This document shows positions 25,305-33,835 of a stretch of 33,835 nt of DNA, piece by piece. The position numbers were made by a program, and so were the translations under genes. The DNA is taken from assembly GCF_004010195.1 (NCBI RefSeq), contig NW_025214928.1, positions 1 to 33,835 of the forward strand, given 5' to 3'. A model generated the notes under the pieces. It did no database searches and was not told the DNA's origin. It saw only the letters and a program-made list of their open reading frames with translations. Positions within the stretch are counted from its first letter, which is position 1, and each line of letters opens with the position of its first letter. This stretch comes from Chiloscyllium plagiosum (lineage: Eukaryota).

Positions 25305-25712
25305 CAGCTTTGACAAAGGATCAGTTAGACTGGAAACATCAGCTCTTTTTTTTAAGATTACATTACAGTGTGGAAACAGGCCCTTCGGCCCAACAAGTCC
25401 ACACCGACCCACCGAAGCGCAACCCACCCATACCCCTACATTTACCCCTTACCTAACATTACGGGCAATTTAGCATGGCCAATTCACCTGACCTGCACAT
25501 CTTTGGACTGTGGGAGGAAACCGGAGCATCCGGAGGAAACCCACACAGACACGGGGAGAACGTGCAAACTCCACACAGTAGGTCGCCTGAGGCGGGAATT
25601 GAACCCGGGTCTCCAGCGCTGTGAGCAGCAGTGCTAGCCACCGTGCCGCCCTTACAGATGCTGCAAGACTTGCTGAGATTTTCCAGCATTTTCACTTTTT
25701 TGGATTCAAACA
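25305..25712 (+). mobile_element. Penelope-type terminus interrupted by a SINE insertion (25346-25651)
   Basis: Decayed hammerhead-like TTGACAAAGGATCAGTTAGACTGGAAACATC (25310-25340) continues after the SINE as cttacagatgctgcaagacttgctgagattttccagc, similar to the right arm at 21956-22001. Confidence 0.55.
25346..25651 (-). mobile_element. Near full-length young HE1/V-SINE-like tRNA-derived SINE
   Basis: Minus-strand head GGGCGGCACGGTGGCTAGCACTG..., B box GGTTCAATTCC (25605-25595), V-domain-like tgtgtggagtttgcacgttctccccgtgtctg..gggtttcctccgg, CR1-like tail ending in A-rich sequence. Confidence 0.85.
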
Positions 25713-25859
25713 TATTCAGTTGAAGGTAATTGAACCCGGGTCTCCGGCGCTGTGAGGCAGCAGTGCTAACCACTGTGCTGCCCTTACAGATGCTGCAAGA
25801 CTTGCTGAGATTTTCCAGCATTTTCACTTTTTTGGATTCAAACATATTCAGTTGAAGTA
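25597..25859. repeat. Tandem duplication, 131 + 132 bp units
   Basis: Units 25597-25727 and 25728-25859, with aattgaa microhomology at all three boundaries (25597, 25728, 25860). Confidence 0.95.
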
Positions 25860-25929
25860 AATTGAAAAAGAATTTCAGTACACTGAAAAATAATTTGTCA
25901 AGGCAAATCGAAATCAAAAATGTTTTGAT

Positions 25930-26921
25930 TTATGAGGTGTGGACAATGTTGGCAAGCCAAGTGCTTTTATTGTCTATCCCGAAATGTCTTTGAGAAGGTG
26001 TTTCTAAAACCAGTGCTCCTGTGGCAGTAGATCGGAAGTTCCAGGATTTTGATCTGGAATATTTCTGTTTTGAAAATCCAAGTGATGTATGTCTTTGAAG
26101 ACAGCAAATGGGTGCTTCTGTTGCCATACACCCTCTGCCCTTCTACTAAATGGTAGAGAGCCGAGGCTTTCAGAGATGCCATTCATGATGCCTTCGAGAG
26201 TTTGTGCATTTCAACCTGTAGGGAAGGTTAACAGTAGGTTATGTCTGACCAACTTGATTGGCTGACATCCTAGGGTCTTAAAGGAAGTGACATTGGAGAT
26301 AGTAGATCCATTGGTTACAATACTCCAAACTTCCCTGGATGTGAGAGACATTCCAGGGGATTCAAGAAGTGCTAATATTCAAAAATATTATTCAAAAACT
26401 GAGAGACACAAAGTAGTAAACTACAGACCAGCTAGTTCAACATGCCATTGGGAAATTGTTAGAATCCATTATTAAGAAAATAATAGACCATTTGAAAAGT
26501 CAAAATAGCATCAGAGTCAGCATGGTTTTATGAAGAGTAAATCATATTTTACTAATATCTATTGTTTTTTGAAAATGTAGCAAGCAGTATGAATAATGGG
26601 CCTCCTGTAGGTGTAGCATATATGTCTTCGAGAAGACATTTGCTAAGGTGCTACACAAAGGTTAATGCACAATTTAAGATCACATAGGGTTGGAGGAAAT
26701 TTATTAGCTTGGAAGGTGGGTTAGCTAGCCAACAGAAAGCAGAGTGTTGAATTAAATGGATCTTTATCTGGTTGATGAGATGCAACCAGTGGAGTGCCAC
26801 AAGGTTCGGTCCTCATGGCCCCAGCTAGTTACAGTTTGCTATTCACAATTGTGCACACTGCTACTGGTGCAGTGGTTGTGGAGGGAGTGAATGTTTATGA
26901 CTGTGATAGAGGTGCTATCAA
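25930..26921 (-). mobile_element. Old LINE (CR1/L2-group) 3' end, split by an inserted segment at ~26222-26849
   Basis: tttattgtctatccc...tgagaaggtg...gttccaggattttga...tgtag resumes at tgtgcacactgctact...ggagggagtgaatgttt, collinear with a shark LINE tail as I recall it. Confidence 0.55.
26236..26836 (+). mobile_element. CR1 RT fragment, a local duplicate of ~22873-23460
   Basis: HPRVLKE-, NYRP- and QHGF-like motifs; shares its junction and a 40-nt exact match with the upstream copy. Confidence 0.8.
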
Positions 26922-27139
26922 ATTTAATGATTTTAAAGCATACTGGACTGATTACTGATAGGGAGGAAGGAAGAGCTTCCAAAATTAGCATTTTCTGGAT
27001 TACTAAAGATTTCACAATTAACATAGAAAAGCAGGAGGAAGCATGTGATAAATGTTAGGCTCTTAATAGAGTGGAGAACCAACATGAATACGGAAGCTGC
27101 ATCTTATAAGTGAAAATTAATATTAGGCACAAATGGTTG

Positions 27140-28630
27140 CATGAGAATAGATTATCAAGTGATATGTGAAGGAGCCCAAATGTTAAGTGCATAAATACTA
27201 AATAAAGGTATTGTAAAGAGAGATAATAACTGGTTAGGTAGAATTGAGATCTTCAGATAAACAGCTTGGGTGAGGTATTATGAGTACTTTCCACTTCAGT
27301 GTGGGAAAATGCAAAGGTGAGAGAGAAAAATCAGTAAATTGTAGACCAGATAGCCTAACATCTGATTTCAGAGAATTAATAGAGTCAGTATTTAAGAATA
27401 GGTTGTCTGAATATCTGAACTTTCATTAAATCAAGTAAAATCAACATAGGTTCATGTTTGACAAATTTGATTTGAACTTTTTAAAGAGGCAACTGAAGTA
27501 GCATGGGGATGTTGGAAATCTAAAACAAATGTAGAGAATGCCAGAGAAACTCAACGGATCTGGCAGCATCTGTGGAGAGAGAAACAGTTAACATTTCGAA
27601 TCTGGTATGACTTCAGAATTCCAGGATTCTCTGTTTGTTGGAATTAAAATAGCAGGCAAGGAAATGAGTTATTGAGGTAATTCATTTAGACGTCGAGAAA
27701 ACAATTGGTAAAGTCCTACATAAGAGGCTGTTTTCATAATGATGAAGGTTATGGAATCAAAGACAAATTAATTGACCAGTTTAGGAAATGTGTAGGAGAC
27801 ACAGATAATGGGCAGGTAGTCTAATTGGCAGTGTGTGACTATGACCTATGTTGGATCCTCAATGACTTGGTATATTTATTCACAAATTGGGATAGTAAGC
27901 TACATATCTAAGTTTTCTGCTCTCACTTAGAGGTGGCTTTGTAAGCATTGTCTTTGAAAATATTGCATTTGACAGACATTGACAATTTAAGTGATTGGGC
28001 AAAACTGCCAATTAGTTTCAGTGTAGGATTTCAATCCACAGGACATAAAAATGCTAGAACAAGGTACTTTCTAATGAGTGAAAGGCTAAAAGCAGTAGAA
28101 CTCCAAAGACTGTGTTCTAAACCATTAAAATAGCATTAAAAGGTGCAGTAAATAATTAGACTAATGATACTGGTATAAATATCTAGAGAACTCTAATAGA
28201 GAGCAGAAGTCACATTTCAGCTATACCCAGCTGTTAAGCCATATCTAGTGCTGTGATAAGTTCTTGGTAGCTTAGGAAGAATTTGTTGGCCATCAAAGAG
28301 AATTCAGCATAGATTTACCATAATGAAACCTAATATACAAAAGTCAAATTTACACAGGTTGGACATCATGGAATTTAAAAAGTCAAGGGCAGTTTGAATT
28401 AAGTTTTCAAGCTATCACAGGAAGCAGTTAGGCAAAAGTGTGGTAGAAGGTTAGAGTTCTTTCGCAGATACCAATGAATGCTAAATCGATTCCAAAATTA
28501 AGATTGATAGACCTTTATGGAACAAAGATATTAAATATTGTGCAGAAAACCCTGATACGTGGAGTTAGGTCACAAATGAATCCTAATCTCACCAGATGAC
28601 AGATAATTCCCAAGGCTGAAGGATCTCCTC
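27140..28630 (+). mobile_element. Highly degenerate CR1 LINE
   Basis: Collinear remnants such as aattgtagaccagatagcctaacatc (NYRPxSLTS-like), DIDNLSDWAK and atagatttacc (RFT); boundaries approximate. Confidence 0.6.
27507..27636 (-). mobile_element. Penelope-type terminus nested in the CR1
   Basis: gagaaactcaacggatctggcagcatctgtggagagagaaacagttaacatttcga matches the left arm at 21873-21918; the minus strand has decayed CTGAAG...CGAAATGTTA. Confidence 0.6.
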
Positions 28631-28899
28631 AGAACATTCCGTCAAAGTAAAAGTAAAGACAGTGGTAGCAAAGATGTTAAAATGTTTCTCAAATCGTTCT
28701 GATACTTTAACAAGTGTGCACATGCATACCATTCAAATATCTGTTCCTGTATCCCCTTTAAGGTTGTAGCAACTTGAACCATTTCATGCTGTGTTAAATA
28801 CAATTAAACCAAAGTACTGAAAGGGTTAGCTGTACTCAAAAGAGAAAAGGTCACCTTATATAAATGGGATGTCTCTAGATTCCTGTCAATAGTAAGTGT

Positions 28900-29960
28900 A
28901 GAAATTATTGATAATCTTATATTCCTCCTTAGTTATGGGAGTGAAGGTGATTGCAAATTTTAAACATTATTCTAAAACCAGGAGAGTGGTAAACCTGGTA
29001 ACAATAGGCCATTAGCCTGTGTTGGACAATGAAATAATAATCCAGTGTATGATTTATTGCTACTTAAAATCAATGAATTAATAGCACATATTTAATAATG
29101 GCACATAGTGTTTGACTGACTTAGTTCCATGATTTGATGAATGAACATGAAGGGTTCATAAGAATAGTGAGGATGACACTTGTGCATGTGAACCTTCAAA
29201 GGGGATTTATAACGTACAACATCATAAACTTCTGACCAAAATTGAAACTTGAGATTAAGTGACAGTGGCTGCATAGGGATAACATTGTCTATGGGACAGA
29301 TGAAAGAGAATTGCTGATTTCTTTTCGCAGTCTGGAGAGAAGTATGTACTAGTGTCACCTAGGGGTTGATATTTTGACAGCTGCTCTTTTTAATCTACAT
29401 TAATAAGCCGAACTTCGATAGGTAGGGAAAAATTTCAAATTTTGTAAGTGACACAGAACTTAGAACAGTGATAGATAGTGAGGAAGAAATAAACAGATTT
29501 AAGATGGGCATTGAAATTGTGAAATAGGTTGAAACTTAGCAAATGATATTTAACACAGTATGAAATGGTTCCAGCTGCTACAACCTTAAAGGGGATACAG
29601 GAACAGATATTTGAATGGTATGCATGTGCACATTTGTTAAAGTATCAGAACGATTTGTGAAACATTTTAAAAATCCATTCTTTTTATCTCTTAATAAACT
29701 CACGGCTATCACCAGAGGTAAAAAGAAGTAGGAATACTTAATGAAGTTAAAGTTCCCTCGATCTGATGACCTGATTAGAGGGTGTTTAAAGGAGTAGATG
29801 CATTGCTTGTAAAATTTCAAAAACCTCTAAATTCTGGAGAGGTCACCGCAGATTGGAAAGCTGTAAATGTGACGCCTTCAGGCTGACACAAAGGAGAGTA
29901 TAACCCAGTTATCCTAATTCCTGCCATTAGAAAATGATAGAATCTATTATTCATTATTGA
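28900..29960 (+). mobile_element. Highly degenerate CR1 LINE fragments
   Basis: aaacctggtaacaataggccattagcct (PGNxRP-like), actagtgtcacctagggg (GVPQG-like), tttgtaagtgacacagaact (FADDTK-like), and a further fragment gattggaaagctgtaaatgtgacgcc (DWKxANVTP-like). Confidence 0.55.
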
Positions 29961-30099
29961 AGGTCCCTCAAAATAGAGGATAACATTTGACAGGCTGGAT
30001 GAATCTTCAAATGACTGAGTAGCCCAATTTTGGATTACTATCACTTTTTATGCAGAATATCAAGTTGCGTAGGTAAATGGAATTCGTAGCCCAAGACTG

Positions 30100-31690
30100 G
30101 CTTCCTTTTCCTTCCCATGTTACCACCATTCTGGTTTATGGGCTGAGTCACTGAACCTCAGAGTAGCTTGAATCTTGAAAGATCTGGAGGTGCCATGTTG
30201 AGCACTCAGCAGCTTTCTCCTCCCAGTTAGTGGTGTCAATGTCTCTGTGCTTTAAACGGCCTTTGAATGTATCTTAATGTTTTATTTTCCTTTGGCTGCC
30301 ATTTGAGTGTTGGCCATTGGAGAGCCTGGAGAAGAAAACCTGCCAACAGAAGAATTTTTGGGGGCATTTGGACACAGTGACCTCCTTTGGAGTTGGTTCT
30401 TCATGAGCAAGACTTTGATACTGGTAGACATATCTTCGTGGAGAATGGTCATACTGAACCCATGGTCTTACCATTTAATCCCTAGGATTCAACTTGGCTT
30501 TGAGCATCCTCAAGTGATATTAGTGGATGGTCTAGGTTTCACTCAGAAGAGCAGGGTTGTCAACACAACAGGCTTATATACCAGGACCTTTTCTTGACTT
30601 CCAAGAGTCCCTGGTATCAAAGACGCAGCTTGTTTTCGTGCTGTATGACTGTGACCCATTTTGTCTACTTGAAGAAGACAATTCTGGCATAGTTGCCTCA
30701 ATGCTGGACTTCTTCATCGATAGTGGTCATTTGGAGAGTGGTCACTGAGAAATGAGAAATGTTGCACGTTCTCCAGAGCCACCTCTTTATGTAGATAGTG
30801 CGAGGGATGCTCAACTCTTCCAGGGAATATTGGTGAAGGACTTTTGGTCTTATCAATGTTTAACAACAGGCCCAACATTACTTATGAGGTTCTGCAAAGG
30901 TCAGCATCCTTTGCATATCCTAAAGCAACAAATCCTCACATAGCAGTCACCTACAAACTGAAAATCATGGATGTCTGTGATGATGACTATAGTTTTTGCC
31001 CAGAAGCAGCCAAGATTGAAGAGTTTCCTAACCAGACAATATTGGATGCTGACAGTGGGTGGTAGGCTATCTCTGATGAGCTTAATGATGATGCTCAGGA
31101 AGTGGTCAAGCTTGTTTGACCCATTCTGGGATGTGAAAAGTGTCAGTTTCAGATCCTCCACTCATGACCTCAGTGGTCATATTGTCAGACAGGATTCGCA
31201 GGATTATGACAGACTTCAACAAAAGATGGTCAGCAATCGATCAAATTTCACAATTTAGAAAATCAAATGTCTCTGCCATATCTATGGAGTCAAGGAACAA
31301 CTTTCCTGCAGGCAGTGTTCCTGGATCCTCTGTCATTCCAACATCAGAGTTATCCCGCCTTGTAGTTTGGAGAAATAGTCACATCTTCAAATCTCTGGGC
31401 ACATTTCTTTTCATTCCAGACACTGAGGCTGAGCTGATTGAGTCAATAGATGAGCGAGTAGCTGCTGACATGATATTCCTGAGTAAGTTTACTGTCTGGC
31501 ATGCAAACCTTGTTGGTTTTTATCTCTTGGATGCCATGCTTAAGCTCATTGATGGTTGGTGGATCACTGGGGAAGTTGTGGGATAGTTTGCTGCTGCTGA
31601 GAATATACGACATCTCGTTAAATAACCATGGCCTCAGGTTAAGTCTAATATCTCAAGTACTGGAACAACTTTTGTTTTAAACTGCGCATT
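30100..31690 (-). mobile_element. Degenerate RTE-clade (BovB-like) LINE, RT domain and C-terminus
   Basis: Minus-strand fragments SIQYCLVRKLFNL...AKT...DFQFVGDC (cf. RTE IRYRTDGKLFNL..AKT..DLLFADDC), VYKPVVLTTLL, and QVFFSRLSNGQHSNGSQRK (cf. QLFYxELxxGxRxxGGQRK). Confidence 0.8.
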
Positions 31691-31790
31691 CATGACCTCC
31701 TGTCTGTACCAGATACACTCTTTTTCTTAAGCTTGATATCTGTGTTTGATGGTTATTTGTTTTTCTTGGGGTTGATAGGTAGTGATGAAG

Positions 31791-32125
31791 AGGCAGCAGC
31801 ATAGTGGTAATGTCAATGGGCTAGTCATCCAGACTCCCAGGATAATGTTATGGGGACATGGGTTTAAATCTGCCACTCCAGATGATGAAATTTGATTTTT
31901 AATAAAAATCTGGAATGAAAACCTAGCTGAAAAGCAACTGTGTAAACACTGTTAATTGTCATAAAACCTCCTCTGGTTCACCAGTGTCTTTTAGAGAGAG
32001 AAATCTGCCCATCCTTGCCTAGTCTGGCCTATGTGTGACTCCAGAACTACAGCAATGTGATTGACTCTTAATGGAAAATAAATGCTGTGGTAAGATTAGC
32101 CACTGATGTTCACATCATGTGAGCA
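31791..32125 (+). mobile_element. tRNA-derived SINE (old)
   Basis: A-box-like agcatagtggtaatg, B-box-like gggtttaaatct, and an aataaatgctg tail. Confidence 0.6.
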
Positions 32126-32145
32126 AATAAGTGATAGCAACAGAT

Positions 32146-32440
32146 AATAAGACCGGAGAAGGGAGTAGGCCATTCGGCCCTTTGAACCTGCCCACTATTC
32201 ATGTAACTCAGGAGTTTTCCTACCTTTTCCCCCATACCCTTTGATACTTTAGCCCTATCTAACTATGACTTCACAACGTTATGTTGCTTTCTGCAACAGA
32301 AGTTTATGGACTCAACACTCTCTGGGTAAAGAAATTTCTTTTCATCTCAGTGGTAAATAGTCTACTCCTGTAGTGTTGACTATGATCCCTGCCTGATTCT
32401 GGACTCCCTGGTCATCAGGGACAACCATCCTGCATCTAGA
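32146..32440 (-). mobile_element. CR1 3' fragment
   Basis: ggagtaggccattcggccctttgaacctgc... and ctctctgggtaaagaaatttcttttcatctc (antisense RRNFFTQR-like). Confidence 0.7.
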
Positions 32441-32444
32441 ACTA

Positions 32445-32727
32445 TGTGGTAGTTTCAAAAAGGTGTCTCCTATTTAAGACGGAGATGCGAATCAGCTTCG
32501 ATGCGAGAGTATTTCGTATTTAGAGCCGCCTTCTCCCATTGAGCATGAAGGCTGTGCCATTGCAAACATTCAAGGCCGAACTTGAAGGAGTTTTGATTGA
32601 CCAGGGATTTAAGATCTTAGGGGATCAGGCAGCTAAATGAAAATAAGGCCACATCACGTCATCCACAATATTATTGTCACTCCCGAAGCCAAAATTCTCA
32701 CTTCTATTCTTATTTCTAGTTCTTATG
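32445..32727 (+). mobile_element. Diverged CR1 3' fragment, locally CpG-rich
   Basis: atttaagacggagatg...attcaaggccga...aaggccacatca...tatttctagttcttatg is collinear with the CR1 tail. Confidence 0.6.
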
Positions 32728-33049
32728 CATACTTGGCTTTGTAAGCCAATACCTAGAATACATAAATAAGAAAGTTATTCTAAACCTTTGTAAAGCACAT
32801 CTTAGGCCTCAGCTGTATTTTTTTTTTGCAGAGGAAAAACTCGAGGAAGATCCTCACGGCCTTGGTGAGGTTATAGAGAAAATTCATTAGAATAATGCCA
32901 GTTACATGGAGAGATTAGCAGAACCATTTATTCCCTTCTTGTGCTTACTACCTACTCATTGCATAATTTGCTTTTACTACTTATGTACGTACCACTCTAT
33001 GCTAGTAAGTTTCTTCTCAATTCCCTCTTTGGTTTACATATTGATAGCC

Positions 33050-33570
33050 TCAAGTAAAAACTCCATCTACTATCTTGAAATCTTTCATAGTTTAAAGTTC
33101 AGTTCAGTCACTTCTCAGTCTTTGGTTTTCAAGAGAAAAGGAACTCAGTGTGTCTATTAGTTTCTGATATATAACCTGCAGTCTGGTATCATTCACATGA
33201 ATCACCTTTTTCTCATCTCCAATGCCCTTCTATCCTTTTAATAATATGTGCCCAGAACTGTGCACAATACTCCAAAGTGTGGTCTACCCCAATTTTGATA
33301 CAAGTTCAGCACAATATATTTATTTTGAAGTTCTATCTCACTAAACATGAACCCAATTGCTAGGTCAACCTCTTTTATGGCCTTATTAACCTGAAATACT
33401 AGCAATGATTTGTGTGCTGGTACCTTTGATCTCTTTGTTCCTCTATCCCATTTAGGTTCTTTCTTTCTAAGTAAAATCTGATGCCCATATTTTTCATAGC
33501 AAAACTTAATAACTCATTTATGTTCAGATTTATTTGCCAAATATATGTCCATTCTGCAAGTTTATTAATA
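33050..33570 (-). mobile_element. Degenerate CR1 fragment
   Basis: cccagaactgtgcacaatactccaaagtgtggtct = antisense RPHxEYCAQFW motif. Confidence 0.7.
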
Positions 33571-33575
33571 GCTTG

Positions 33576-33835
33576 TTTTTTTATAGATATTTTTATTAGA
33601 AATTTAACATTTTTACAAGTTTACAAAAATAAACAAAACTCTCAAGTATAAACATTGATTTACAATTAAATCAAATATAAAATAGCCAAAATTTAACAAA
33701 AGAATAAAAAAAACCGAAAAAGAAAAAAAAACTCAACTATCTACTAATCTAACCTACAACTAACCAGAGTGTATATTTAAGTCTCTTACATGCTCGGAAT
33801 GTGTTAACATCAAATGTAACAAAATCCGTATTCGT
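33576..33835 (-). mobile_element. Probable poly(A)-tailed (L1/Tx1-like) retroelement 3' end, running off the window
   Basis: Minus strand has AATAAA about 10 nt before an A-run, preceded by a T-rich 3' UTR-like tract; no coding motif inside the window. Confidence 0.35.

Noticed and set aside
25595..25651. tRNA gene
   Set aside because: The A/B boxes belong to a SINE head; no acceptor stem or cloverleaf, and a SINE body follows.
25459..25917. 152-aa ORF with an internal repeat
   Set aside because: Artefact of the tandem duplication running into the SINE.
28677..29670. DNA transposon/MITE with 124-bp TIRs
   Set aside because: The arms are CR1 RT-derived and continuous with the flanking CR1 on the right; no TSD or transposase evident.
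31140..31586. 148-aa plus-strand ORF
   Set aside because: Antisense to the decayed RTE reverse transcriptase; no independent evidence of coding.
19560..33835. A neighbouring host gene (e.g. HMGN3, upstream of PHIP in mammals)
   Set aside because: No exon-like segment with recognisable coding similarity; the interpretable ORFs map to retroelements.

Overview
Eukaryotic, AT-rich, repeat-dense vertebrate DNA. The repeat types (HE1/V-SINE-like and DeuSINE-like SINEs, many CR1 fragments, Penelope-type termini) point to a cartilaginous fish, probably a shark; this is an inference. The only host gene I can support is the 5' part of PHIP (BRWD2/DCAF14) on the minus strand. Six coding exons (40, 59, 30, 60, 151 and 99 nt, all GT-AG) splice in frame to 146 codons: [147 protein letters not shown] CpG-rich promoter/5' leader lies at about 18.6-19.55 kb, and the gene continues beyond position 1. 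The rest is intron or upstream DNA filled with decayed retroelements (Gypsy, CR1, RTE, SINEs, Penelope termini). The most striking non-genic signal is a 234-bp palindromic insertion in intron 4, flanked by a target-site duplication. It carries an intact minimal hammerhead-ribozyme core on each strand, and three older, decayed relatives lie upstream. Other leads are a compact CCAAT/TATA/CRE cluster pointing antisense to PHIP, a pre-miRNA-like hairpin, and three local duplication events. There is no prokaryotic system or CRISPR array, and I cannot claim a wholly new biological system. Repeat family names come from recognition, not database searches, and repeat boundaries are approximate.
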